The notes under the pieces: generated by a model
Told to the model about the DNA's origin: nothing
The model's input: the letters and a program-made list of their open reading frames with translations, nothing else
Database searches by the model: none
Translations under genes and position numbers: made by a program
Origin: Octopus sinensis
Lineage: Eukaryota
Direction: 5' to 3'
NCBI RefSeq assembly: GCF_006345805.1
Contig: NC_043003.1
Location: forward strand, 58,342,001-58,406,000
Length of the DNA stretch: 64,000 bases
In this document: in pieces, positions 48,236-60,331 of the stretch
How positions within the stretch are numbered: the stretch's first letter is position 1
Layout of the letters: each line of letters starts with the position of its first letter

Positions 48236-49039
48236 AATATAAGACATACTGGAAGATCACAAGAGGTAAGCTTAAAGGAATCCAAGCGGTTAACTCGGTT
48301 TCAGTTCCTGTTCGAAATTGCCTAACTTCTCTTACGTCACTAATACCATTGGGAAAGGTATGAAACTCACAACTTCCAATTTTCTGTAATAAATATAAAG
48401 TCCCTATCTTAATCACACACATACACACACGCACAAAATATCTTTCATACTTACGATGACCATCTCCAGATAATAAGCTTGTAACATGTTAAACCCGAGA
48501 CACGGTTTCGGTCCCGAATTGAACCCAAATCTATTTCAATTAAACCACCAGAGGTTTTAAGAACTGCATAAACTCCAGAAGGCTCCGTTCCTCCCATTCT
48601 ATATGTTTGTGGTTTTATGCTTAAATATGAAAGCAATCTTAATAAAATATATCCCAATATTGTTGTTATTGTAACTATAGTTGTAACCGGTAGTTATTTA
48701 CTCGAAGGAAAAAGATTTGACACAAACAACCCTCCACTAGATTCTTCACATTGTTATTGTTGTCTAGTCCCCATGTCACCCCTGTTAGATTAGACCCACG
48801 AACAAAGGCTTTCCAGCTGTTATCACGCATTATTATTTATCTCTAACATCATTAAACGTATCCGTCCATTTTTAAGACGGCCTTAAAATATATTTTGAAG
48901 ACGTGGCAGCTATTTTTAGCAGGTGCAGCGACTGCATAGAGGGTCTTTTTCGTTGCTTGCATCGATGCGCCAACTTCCTGCGTTCAAATCTTACGGGACT
49001 ATGACTTTGTATTTCGACTTTTTATTTCATTCATTCGAG

Positions 49040-49270
49040 TTTCCATAGGCATGGTCGTATGACTAAGAAGCTTACTTTGCAGCCAAGTGATTTCGGGTTC
49101 AGTTCCACTGTGCGGTACCTTGGTCAAGTCTCTTCTGCTATAGTCCCGGTTCGACTAATGCCTTGTGAGTGAATTTAGTTGACAGTAACTGTGTGTGCGC
49201 GTGTGTCTATCAGTCTGTCTTTCTGTCTGTCTGTCTCCTACTACCGCTTAACAACCGGTGTGGGTTTGTT
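49040..49270 (+). mobile_element. SINE family A, degenerate 5' half
   Basis: gggttcagttccactgtgcggtaccttggtcaagtc. Confidence 0.7.
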
Positions 49271-49299
49271 ACGTACCCTTATTATTTTACTTATTTTAT

Positions 49300-49535
49300 T
49301 TGTTATTTCTTTATTGCCCACAAGGGGCAAAACATAGAGGGGACAAACAAGGACAGACAAACGGATGAAGTCTTTCACATCGACCCCAGTGCGTAACTGG
49401 TACTTAATTTATCGACCCCGAAAGGATGAAAGGCAAAGTCGACCTCGGCGGAATTTGAACTCAGAACGTAGCGGCAGACGAAATACTGCAAAGCATTTCG
49501 CCCGGCGTGCTAACGTTTCTGCCAGCTCGCCGCCT
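49300..49535 (-). mobile_element. SINE family B, well conserved
   Basis: cgaccccgaaaggatgaaaggcaaagtcgacctcggcgg...gccagctcgccgcc. Confidence 0.92.
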
Positions 49536-50097
49536 TATTTTATTTTACTTATTTTATTTGCTTCAGCTATGCGGCTGCGGTCATGCTGGAGCATTTGGCA
49601 AAAGAAACCGATAAAATTAGTACCAGACTTTAAAAATAGGTAGTAGACTCGATTTGTTCGACTAAACCTTTCAAGACGATACGCCAGCGTGGTCGCAATC
49701 CAATGACTGAGGCAAGTAAAGGCTAAACAATAAATTAGATACCAGTAATATACTATGACTCTCATAATTAACAACTACATGCCTTCGCGATGCATTAATT
49801 GTCCCCCTAGAACAAACGGAGTTGTGGCAAAAACGGCAGAGGTCAGGTCTAAATGGTATTCACCATAGAATTCTCTTGTGAATTCCAATTTTGTTAATGA
49901 CGTCGTTGCTTTTCTTCACACCGGAGTCGATTGTATAAACTGTTCCACTTCTTTACCAATTTGTAGCTTTGGGACAAAATAATCCTTTTATCTTAATCTT
50001 TTATCTTTTACATATTTCAGTCGTTGGACTGCGACACTTCTGGAGCACAGCCTAGAAGAGTTTAGTCAGAGAAATCAATCCCGTTGTTTACTTTAAG

Positions 50098-50320
50098 TCA
50101 AGGCGACGAGCTGGCAGAACCGTTAGCGCGCTGGACAAAATGCTTAGCGGTATTTCGCCCGTCGCTACGTTTTGAGTTCAAATTCCACCGAGGTCGACTT
50201 TGCCATTCATCCTTTCGGGGTCGATGAAATAAGTACCAATTATGTACTGGGGTCGATCCATTTGACTAGCCCCCTCCCCCATAATTTCAGGCCTTGTGCC
50301 TGTAGTAGAAAGGGTTATTT
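50098..50320 (+). mobile_element. SINE family B inserted into a family A remnant
   Basis: aggcgacgagctggcagaaccgttag head; family A pieces on both sides (~49990-50095, ~50325-50470, minus strand). Confidence 0.85.
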
Positions 50321-50418
50321 ATTTTAAGTCTGGTACTTGTCCTATCGTATTCTTTTGTCGAACCGCCAAGTTATGGGGATGTAAACTAACCAACACTGGT
50401 TGTCAAACGGTAGTGGAC

Positions 50419-50455
<37 letters not shown>

Positions 50456-50489
50456 ACACACATACACACACACACATGCACAAGTCAAG

Positions 50490-50706
50490 GCGCAGGCTTA
50501 GTGGTTAGAATATTCCGCTCACGGTCGTATCTATATTTCAAAGGGCCAACCTTGTCACATTCTGTGTAACGCTGAATCTTCTTGGGAACTACGTTAAGGT
50601 TACGCGTGTCCGTGGAATACTCAGCCACTTGCACGTTAATTTCACGAGAAGGCTGTTCGGTTGATCGGATCAACTGGAACCCTTGTCGTCGCAACTGACG
50701 GAGTGC
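50490..50706 (+). mobile_element. SINE family C, internally deleted
   Basis: ggcttagtggttag head fused to caaagggccaaccttgtcac...gtcgtcgcaactgacggagtgc. Confidence 0.72.
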
Positions 50707-51660
50707 TGGTCAGGATATATATGTGTGTGTGTGTGTGTGTTTGTACACAAAATGGGCTGTTACACTGCTTTTATCTGCCACATTTACTCAGAAAACATTG
50801 ATCGGCTCGGCGCTGATAGGGAGTTGTCTGGGATTGAACCTAAAACTACGTGGCTACAAAGTGCGGTCCTAAACGACCCAGCTAACCGTTTATTAAAGTC
50901 AATCGGAAAGGTATCAACATCTCATGTTGTACTCCGTAGAGTAGCTACCAGATAACTGTCCGTCCTTAGATACAGAACACCCGACGTAGCAAGAACAGCG
51001 AAGCGCCACCCATGCACAACTCTCTTTATCTACTCCCATTTTTTATTGATAGTAAAGGGCAAAACGACCTCCCGTTACGCAGTTTAAATATGAAGCGATA
51101 ATCGGACCAGGATTGCTGGAGGCGTTCCCTGCTGATTCTTCTTTGTGATTCTTCCAGGAAAACAGACGTGATATGTAGTATTGATCTGTCTCTTGACTAT
51201 CAGAATTGGTGGACCCAGTCTCAATTTCCGGTTGCTGCCATTTTCCGTTTCATTTCATTACTACTTCTCTTGATAAATGTATGAGCTTCATAGCATGTTG
51301 TTTCTCTTCGTAAACATCAGGACTTACAGAATAAATTATTCAAATTTTGGCCAGCACAAGGATAGCAATTCTGGGGGAGGGTTTCATCGATTACATCGAC
51401 CCCAGTATTTGACTGGTACATTTGTTACTGTTGTTTATAACAACAACACTAACGACTAGTATCTATTTTATTGAAATAGACAAAGTCAACAATCGCCGAG
51501 ATTCGAACTCGGAAAATACAAGAACATGACATATGTAGATGCAGAATACCTACAAATAAATGCACGAGTTAGTGGTAGAGCTTCTATGTGCTTGCTCGAG
51601 CTACTAGACATAACGGCCAAATCCCCCTCAAACCACATCCTACTTTCGTATCATTACATA

Positions 51661-51721
<61 letters not shown>

Positions 51722-51821
51722 TATATATAATAAAGCGCTGGTTTGAAAACTAACTGTTAGGCCGTCAGTTTTATAGACTGAACAAGGACATCATTTCCTG
51801 AATCGGCTGTTAAGCCGAATG

Positions 51822-52015
51822 AAGTACAACGAGGATCCGACTTTTCCCCAACTTTTTCAGCATTTATCTAAACGACCCTCGCTCACCTCCACAAAACACG
51901 CACCCAGTTCCCTACGCAGACGACACTACATTCATATTATCCCATCATGTTGCCGACTGCTGCGTAACTTTTCCAACCATACTTTATTCATCTAGAAACC
52001 TGAATCTGTGTATCG
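51822..52015 (+). mobile_element. LINE reverse transcriptase fragment (I/Jockey group-like)
   Basis: GSDFSPTFFSIYLNDPRSPPQNTHPVPYADDTT, containing the RT QGS..SP and YADD motifs. Confidence 0.7.
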
Positions 52016-52030
52016 CCTCGTCATTTGGTT

Positions 52031-52089
<59 letters not shown>

Positions 52090-52915
52090 TATATATATGC
52101 TAACGATGGACAACTCTGCCGGGACTAATCTGGTGTCTACACACCGCTACCACCACCACCACCACCACCACCACCACAAGTATTATTGACACAAACACTC
52201 ACCAGTGAAAAAAAGAAGCTGCACAATAATAATAACGATATCGTTTCGTTTCATTTCTCTTATTTGTAAAATCGCCCAACTGTGGCATGTTGTTTCCGAC
52301 ACGATCAACCGTGTCAGATAATTGACTTACAAACAGGAACTTCAGTTCATGTCACAACCCACCACTACTACTTTCATCACAACACAAACTGCTGACCATG
52401 AACCAACCAGGGAGCTTCTGGGCCGGTCGACCGAGCTGCTAGAAATAGCAATCAAATCTCACTCACATCCCACTGTCTTAAAAATGGACAAACTGAATAA
52501 TGTAATGTGGGATACTATTTCTGAAAAGGAAAAGCGATACGCAGACGGGATATTCACAGCTAGAATGTCTGTATAAAACATGGGATGGCCACGCACAGAA
52601 CACCTTTGCTCATATGCCTGCTCAGTCGGAGCAGACTAGGGTTAAACAACACTTCCAACCCTCGTCAGCACCCCACCACCTCCCAGTTGTCGCAACTACA
52701 CGTAACTACAAACCGAGCGAGTCACTATAGCGTTAATAAATTTAAAGCGCTAGAGTAAATAACCATAGTATATCTAGGACTTCACCATCCACTGAGCCCT
52801 TTCTCATTTCCAAGGTGATGGAAGTTGCTATCTCACGTAATTCGAAAAATCATAATTACCCTCGATGGTAAACCTTTCTTAAACCCGACATGACGAAATA
52901 TCAATTCTTTTAACT

Positions 52916-53473
52916 CAGTGGTTCCCAGCTGGGGTCCACACGACCCTTGAGTGGGTCCATATCAGATTTTGTTGTCAAAATTTATGAGCAATAAATTGCT
53001 TAAACTTCTATAATAACACCGTGAGGGCGCGTTGCTTAGTGGTTAGGGCATTCGGCTCATGATCGTAAGGTTGTGAGTTCGATTCCCGGCGACGCGTTGT
53101 GTCCTTGAGCAAGACACTTTATTTCACGTTGCTCCAGTCCACTCAGCTGGCAAAAATGAGTTGTACTTGTATTTCAAAGGGTCAGCCTTGTCACTCTCTG
53201 TGTCACGCTGATTATCCCCGAGAACTACGTTAAGGGTACACGTGTCTGTGGAATGCTCAGCCATTTGCACGTTAATTTCACGAGCAAGCTGTTCCGTTGA
53301 TCGTATCAGCTGGGACCCTCGTCGTCGTAACCGGCGGAGTCTTTAATAATAACACCAAAATATGTTTGGTGTTATTATAAAAAAGGATTTTTAAAAAATT
53401 GAATGGTTATGAGGGTCCACCTGAGTAAAACAGGGACCAAAGGTGTCCATGGGAAAAGGGTTGAGAAGCACTG
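52916..53473. mobile_element. hAT (Charlie-like) MITE interrupted by a SINE
   Basis: Ends cagtggttcccagc... / ...gttgagaagcactg; 8-bp flanks ttttaact / gtttaaat (6/8 match). Confidence 0.7.
53021..53345 (+). mobile_element. SINE family C, full length, with an 11-bp TSD
   Basis: TSD ataataacacc at 53010-53020 and 53346-53356; A box and B box (gagttcgattccc) in the head. Confidence 0.93.
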
Positions 53474-53554
53474 GTTTAAATAAACGTTATTGGAGTATCA
53501 TATATATATATAACAAAGTAAAGTTGTAAGGTACCGCACGAGTGAAAATATATA

Positions 53555-53691
53555 TGAAAGAAGGTTTGAAAATGCAATTTTAAAGATGTTTATTCACTTG
53601 ACCGGTTTCACTTTTTTAGAAAACGATTGTCAAAAGTAAAATGTAAAGCTTTGTATGAGCTTTGTTGTGTTAAGTAATGTTATCACAAAAG

Positions 53692-53749
<58 letters not shown>

Positions 53750-54296
53750 ACATTCTTTGATAATAATAAGAAAATGTTAAAAACAGTTTACAAGAAAGTA
53801 TTTAAGAAAGTAATCAGAACAGGGCTCCAAAAAGTATTTTGAGTTCAATAAAAACCATGTTTGTTTGGTAGTATATATATATATACACAGAAGGAGTTAT
53901 ATTTAAGAATTTACAAAAAGTTGTAGAGGAATAACTGACCTGTCTTTCTGGCATTTTGTTTTGTGTGTAGCAAAGGAATGTTTTTGTAAATTTTTAAATA
54001 TATCTCCTTCTGTGTATACTATCAAACAAACATGATTTTTATTGAGCTCAAAATGCTTTTTGGAGTCCTGTTCTGATTACTTTCTTAAATACTTTCTTGT
54101 AAACTGTTTTTAACATTTTATTATTATTATCAAAGAATGTGTATATGTATTTTAATACTTTTGTGATAACCAGTACTTAACACAACAAAGCTTATACAAA
54201 GCTTTACATTTTACTTTTGACAATCTTTTTCTAAAAAAAGTGAAACCGGTCAAGTGAATAAACATCTTTAAAATTGCATTTTCAAGCCTTCTTTCA
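53555..54296. repeat. 742-bp foldback: two ~320-360-bp inverted arms around a ~60-bp spacer
   Basis: tgaaagaaggtttgaaaatgc...tttacaaaaa pairs with tttttgtaaa...ttcaagccttctttca. Confidence 0.95.
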
Positions 54297-54854
54297 CACC
54301 CACACACACACACACCTATATATATATATGTTATGAGAGGTAATGGTGTCAGTAAGACCCAAAGGTGTCAGGTAATGCTGAGTAAGTGCTATGGATAGGC
54401 CATAATTATGTTCCAGGTTCGGTGATTATGCGAATAAGGAGTACAGTGTAGGTCATATATCAGCGTGTGTATATATATATATATTTTCAGAATGAGATAT
54501 AAAAACCAAGGCTGTGAAGATTTTAGAACATTTATAAATAGAAGGTCTTACAGCTGTTTCCAAGATATTTATTATATCCTTTTATCGGAGACGGTTTGAG
54601 AAATTGTCAAGTGATGGTAGAGACAAACACAAACACAGTCTGTCTGTCTCTCTTTCTCTCTCACTCTATCTCTCTCTCCCTCACTCTTTCTCTCTCTCCC
54701 TCACGCACACAATCACACAGGATTCTACACAGTTTCCGCCAACCAAATTCACTTAGAAGGCATTAGCCGGCACAAACTGCTACGCTGTGGAAGTGAACCC
54801 GAAGGCACGTTGTCTCGGCGCGAACTTCTTGACTACACAATGATGTCCACGCCT

Positions 54855-54995
54855 TACGTTCTGAGTTCAAATTCCACCGAGGTCGACTTTGCCTTTCATC
54901 CTTTCGGGATCGATAAATTAGGTATCAATTGCGTACTGGCGTCGATCTAATGGAGTCGATCAAAATTTCGGGCCTTGTGCCTAGTGTAGAAATGA
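54855..54995 (+). mobile_element. SINE family B, headless
   Basis: ttacgttctgagttcaaattccaccgaggtcgactttgcc. Confidence 0.82.
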
Positions 54996-55430
54996 ATTAT
55001 GGCCACGCCTTGTTGATGTTTACAGCATCTGCATTTCCCAAGCAGTCACTTAAGCATTAACTAGGGTCGATGTCGCTTGATTTCGGTGATAGGATGAGAA
55101 TCGATGCTTGAACTTGATATGGCCATAAACTCATAAGGTTTTTATTACCTATTATTGCAGAGAGGCTTTTTATTTTTTACAATGTCCATCGCAAGTCGCC
55201 TAGAAGCAAATTACTGTTGATACGCGTATCAATTTTGATGTAGACCCCCCCACCCCTTACTTCAGTGAGATATGGAATAATTTTGTAGTGGGTTGAAAGA
55301 TAAATATCTACATAGGCATATGCGTTATATAGGATAAAAGCAAAAGGAGGAGAGAGAAGGTGAGAGAGAGACAGAGAGAGACACACAGAGAGAGACATAA
55401 ACAGAGAGACAGAGGAGGAGAGAGAGATAG

Positions 55431-55676
55431 ATCAAGTATGGTATACTGTGAAATAGAACACGATTGAGAGAGAGAGAGAGCGAAACAGAGGGAGAGAGAG
55501 AGAAATCAAGAAAGATATACTGTGAAATAGAACAAGTCTGAGAGAGAGAGAAGGTGAGAGAGAGACAGAGAGAGACAGAGAGAGACACACACAGAGAGAC
55601 AGAGGGGGAGAGAGAGAGATCAAGTATGGTATACTGTGAAATAGTTCAAGATTGAGAGAGAGAGAGAGAGGGAGAG

Positions 55677-55718
<42 letters not shown>

Positions 55719-55871
55719 AGAAAGATATACTGTGAAATAGAACAAGTCTGGGAGAGAGAAAGAGAGAGAGGGAGAGAAAGACAGACAGACAGACATACAG
55801 AGAGGGAGAGAGAAGGAGAGAGAAGGAGAGAGAGAAATCAAGAAAGATATACTGTGAAATAGAACAAGATT

Positions 55872-55908
<37 letters not shown>

Positions 55909-55956
55909 GCAGACGGAGGAGTGATTGAGAAAGAGAGGGACAGGCAAAAAAAGACA

Positions 55957-56011
<55 letters not shown>

Positions 56012-56170
56012 ATCAAGAAAGATATACTGTGAAAGAGAACAAGATTGATAGGGAGAGAGTGACAGACAGACTGACGGACGGACGAACTGAGAGAGAGAGA
56101 GGGACAGGGAGGGAGAGAGAGAGATAGAGAGAAATCAAGAAAGATATACTGTGAAATAGAACAAGAGCGA
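55431..56170 (+). repeat. Minisatellite: seven ~35-bp conserved cores separated by variable (GA)n/(GACA)n spacers
   Basis: atcaag(aaa/tat)g(a/g)tatactgtgaaatagaac at 55431, 55505, 55619, 55715, 55837, 56012 and 56134. Confidence 0.93.
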
Positions 56171-56419
56171 GAGAGAGAGAGTCGTATTGTGTGACATTAA
56201 TTATTTATTCCTTAAACTACTTATTGACATTAGATGAGCCCTGACGCCCACCTTCTTGTATTGTTGTTGTTGTTGTTATTGCTACTGCCGCTGCTGCTAA
56301 CAACATTTAGCCCCTGGTCAACTCTGATTGTATTAAGGATCAAAGGCATATCATGTTTAATATGTGTTAAAAATGTACAAATTTTTTGTTTATAATTTTA
56401 TAATTTTATAATTTTATAA

Positions 56420-56815
56420 TGTGTGGTAAGTAGCTTGCTTACCAACCACATGGTTTCGGGTTCAGTCCCACTACGTGGCACCTTGGGCAAGTCTCTTCTA
56501 CTATAGCCTCGGGCCAACCAAAGCCTTGTAAGTGGATTTTGTAGACGGAAACTAGAAGAACCCCATCGTATATATGTATATGTATATGTATATATATATA
56601 TGTGTGTGTGTTTGTGTGTCTGTGTTTGTCCCCCACAACATCGCTTGACAACCGATGCTGGTGTGTTTACGTCCCCGTAACTTAGCGGTTTGGCAAAACG
56701 AGACCGATAGAATGAGTACTAGGCTTACAAAGAATAAGTTCTGGGGTCGATTTGCTCGACTAAAGGCTGTACTCCAGCATGGCCGCAGTCAAATGACTGA
56801 AACAAATACAAGAGT
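56420..56815 (+). mobile_element. SINE family A, near full length
   Basis: tgtgtggtaagtagcttgcttacc ... gcagtcaaatgactgaaac. Confidence 0.92.
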
Positions 56816-56826
56816 ACATTTATATA

Positions 56827-57338
56827 TCTATATATATAAAACTGTAGTTGTGTGAGTGTCTGTCCCCTTCGATTTAGATTCCTAACTACTCCCACATTTT
56901 GCGGTGCAGTTTAACCAAATTCGGGTATCTTATAGTCGTGATTCATATCGAGCCCGTCTGAGTATTAGCGCGCGTCTACGATGAGTCTACGATTTTAAAA
57001 ATAATTTAACATCATTTTTTTATTCCATTTTAATGCATAATTTTTCGTGTCGATGGCGGCGGAGTTGGCGTCTATGGTCACGCCTGCACCTGTTTGCTTC
57101 GCCGACTTCTTCCCTCCCTAGTGAAGCTGTGGGGAAGAGAGTTTAAGGAAATCAACGTCGTAAAGCGTTGTCAAGGAGACCAGCGTTCTTTTAGAACAAC
57201 GACTTCATGGCTTGAAGACACCAAAACAGAAATGGCTAAGAAAGCCCGAATTGGCATCTATAAGGGAAGTAACTGTCTAAAAATGCTTATATAGTTATTT
57301 CCCTTACAAACCCGAGCAACGCCGGGCGATACTGCTAG
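56827..57338 (+). mobile_element. Non-autonomous Helitron (512 bp)
   Basis: A|TC start at 56827; 3' hairpin cccg-agcaacgc-cggg (57311-57326) followed by CTAG (57335-57338)|T. Confidence 0.82.
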
Positions 57339-57439
57339 TTTTATATAATTTCATTTTCATTCTTGTTGGATCCACTGTTTTTACAATATGGCGGCAATCA
57401 TTTTCTCTGCCTCCATCTCCAGGATGGAGCAATAATTTA

Positions 57440-58022
57440 GCTGAACTTAATGAATGCATTCAGTCAGCAGTGCAGGAGACAGCTCTTGAAATGCTTCAAA
57501 ATGTGTTTCGCAATGCTTAAGGATAGACTTGGAATTTGAAAGAATACAGACGGAGCACATAGGGAAAATTTTCAGTGAAGTTTTACGTAAGATTTATAAA
57601 TCTTTTATTTTTGTGTCATAATGGCGTTGTTTGTTCCTTCTCGAGCCATGCTTGGCTAATAAGGGCCGGTTTCCCGGTTTCCTTGGCGTATAGATTCTCC
57701 ACCTAGACGGGACGCCGATCCGTCTCAGGTGAGCTGATAGATGCAGGAGGCGAGAGTGGGAGAAAGTCGTGGTGAAAGAGTCAGCAGAGGTTTGCCATTA
57801 CCTTCTGCTGGAGATGCCTGGAGCTTAGGTGTTTTGCTCATAAACACACACATGGCCCGGTCTGAGATTCGAACCACAATCCCTTGATTGCCAGTCCGCT
57901 GCTCTAACCACTAGGTTATGTGCCTCCACTTTGTATCATAAAAATAAACATAAAATTCTGTCAGTTCTTTTCAAATTTGTACCATTTCATTGAGATAGAT
58001 GGTTAATTCTGGAACACCCAGT
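57440..58022 (+). mobile_element. Tc1-like 3' fragment with terminal repeat, interrupted by a SINE
   Basis: NNLAELNECIQSAVQETALEMLQNVF...GAH; ends ttctggaacacccagt. Confidence 0.55.
57622..57929 (-). mobile_element. SINE family D, full length, with a 12-bp TSD (1 mismatch)
   Basis: tttgtgtcataa (57610-57621) / tttgtatcataa (57930-57941); homologous to 4548-4846. Confidence 0.88.
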
Positions 58023-58311
58023 TTATCATTTGGGTGGGAACAATAAGGTGTGAACTGAAGGGTAATTTAGCTGTTATTTCTTGTAAGGTGAGGGATTTAG
58101 TTGTTTATCGTCATCAGATTTTGTCATATGTTTGACAATTTTGCCGTTTTTCTGGAAGATTTTCTAATCGGGAAAGAAGGCAGTGTTCATAACATTTTAC
58201 AAGGCCCCTGTGGTTGGTGGGAGGGAAGGGTGTGCATTCTCAAGCTGGAGACCTGACCTAAATGCTGTCAAAAGACTTGATTCTGTTAAATGCACGTAGG
58301 ACCGGTGGTAT

Positions 58312-58428
58312 CTTACTCTTTTACTCTTTTAAACACACCAGCATCGGTTGTCAAGCGATGTTATGGGGACAAGCACAGACATACGAACATATACACACAC
58401 GTACGTACACACACACACACACACACAC

Positions 58429-58502
<74 letters not shown>

Positions 58503-58680
58503 CATACATATATACAACGGGCCTCTTTCAGTTTCCGTCTACCAAATCCACTCACAAGGCTTTGATCGGCCCGAAGCTATAGTAGAAGACACTTGCTCAA
58601 GGTGCCACGCAGTGGGACTGAACCCGGAACCATATAGTTCTTACCACACAGCTACTTACCACACAGCCACTCATACGCCT
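58312..58680 (-). mobile_element. SINE family A
   Basis: acacaccagcatcggttgtcaagcg ... cacacagccactc. Confidence 0.88.
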
Positions 58681-58909
58681 ACGAAGGTTCAAGTTGATCC
58701 GATCAACCGAACAGTATGCTCGTGAAATTAACGTGCAAGTGGCTGAATAGTCCACAGACACATGTATCCTTAACATTAATTCCAAAAACATTTTAATCTG
58801 TAGACGTATCATCAAAAGTACTAACACCTTTTTTACTGTCATCTTAGGATCACACTATCACCTTATGATAAAACTACTTGTAAAACAAATGTTCTTATGT
58901 TTTAACAGA

Positions 58910-59262
58910 CATTTTTTAATTGCAAGGAAACAAAGAAACAGAAAAAAGGTGGGGTATTATGCAGCAGAAGATGGAAGGGGAGGGAGAAACGGGTTGTATA
59001 CCCGAGAATAAATGGCGTGTTCAGCCGCTCCTCGTGGACATGACTGCAAAAGCGTTGCCACGGAGAATGGCCAGTGACAATCGCTGCAGCAGCAACTCTA
59101 CCTCACGGGGCTCATTTTTCAGACTGGCCGTCGTTATCCCTATTTTGCAGAGGAAATCGGTAGTGCAGGATTTGAGAATACTTGGGGCATCGGCGGCGAC
59201 AGACACAAACTGGTAGCGGCCGATCAGTCTCCTGTATTTATCTATATTTTTAGAAAGTATAT
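58910..59262 (-). mobile_element. CRE-clade-like non-LTR retrotransposon 3' end
   Basis: DKYRRLIGRYQFVSVA...FLCKIG...EPREVELLLQRLSLAILRGNAFAVMST* resembles the recalled CRE RLE C-terminus (FLFQRISVAIQRGNA). Confidence 0.7.
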
Positions 59263-59282
59263 ACCTTGGTAATTTCTGTTCT

Positions 59283-59610
59283 GTTGGCACTCCGTCGGTT
59301 ACGACGACGAAGGTTCAAGTTGATCCGATCAACGGAATAGTATGCTCGTGAAATTAATGTATAAGTGGCTGTGTAGTCCACAGACACCTGTACCCTTAAC
59401 GTAGTTCTCAAGCAGATTCAGCGTGACACAGAATGTGATAAGGTTGGCTCTTTGAAATATGGGTACTACTCATTTTTGCCAGCTGGGTGGACTGGAGCAA
59501 CGTGAAATAAAATGTCTTGCTCAAGGACATAACGCGTCGCCGGGAATGGAACTCATGACCTCACGATGGAGGGTGGAATGCCCTAACTACTAAGCCACGC
59601 GTCCTCACAC
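59283..59610 (-). mobile_element. SINE family C, full length
   Basis: Reverse complement of the element at 53021-53345. Confidence 0.88.
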
Positions 59611-59930
59611 ACTTTAGCAATAGAACAAAACCGGCCACAAACAGAGAAATTCATTCTCATGAACAATGAATTTATCACAAATTACTCCACTACAAAATAA
59701 CGCCCCGACTTTTAGCTGAAATATCCAACCAATATTCATGGATGTGACGCAAAAGCAATCAATGAATATCTAAATAGAAAGAATGGATTTCGTCTTCAGT
59801 AACGAAAATGGTTTAAACAACATGTTACGCACCACAAAAGAAAGACAATTCCGCAAGAAAAACAAACTCAGAACGAATGAGCCTTAAAAACACAATAAAA
59901 ATATCACAGAGCTCGACAAACATGGAAATA

Positions 59931-60304
59931 CAGAGTGATTCAAAAGTCGCCATACATAGGAAAGATTTATCTTTTTTATAAGAAACAGTTTATAAGAACA
60001 GTTTTTTATTATTATTTAACAGATTCAATATGGTTGCCATTGTTTTGAACACTCATTGCGATACTTTTACCCCACTCATTGTGAACTCGTAATTGCACAT
60101 CTGGTGATACCTGTGTAAAGGAGTTGGTGATGCGTTCCTTCAAAGGATTTATATTTTTTATCCTTCCCCGATACACCATACCTTTCAAATGCCCCAAAAG
60201 ATAGAAATCAGTAGGGGTCAGCTCAGGGGATCTAGGGGATCTTATAAACTGTTTCTTATAAAAAAAATTTTTTTCCTGTGTATGGAGACTTTTGAATCAC
60301 CCTG
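59931..60304 (-). mobile_element. 374-bp Tc1-like deletion derivative with ~65-bp TIRs and TA TSD
   Basis: TA|cagagtgattcaaaagtcgccatac... / ...gtatggagacttttgaatcaccctg|TA; inside, PRSPELTPTDFYLLGHLKGMVY...NGNHIESVK*. Confidence 0.85.
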
Positions 60305-60331
60305 TAGAACGAGGTATTATAGTCGAAAATC

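Noticed and set aside
51159-51180. Strong acceptor (ttctttgtgattcttccag) as possible TRPN exon 2
   Set aside because: Phase-0 reading stops after six codons (ENRRDM*) and there is no ankyrin motif.
55431-56170. CRISPR-like repeat-spacer appearance
   Set aside because: Spacers are GA microsatellite of variable length, not unique sequence; there are no cas genes and the context is eukaryotic.
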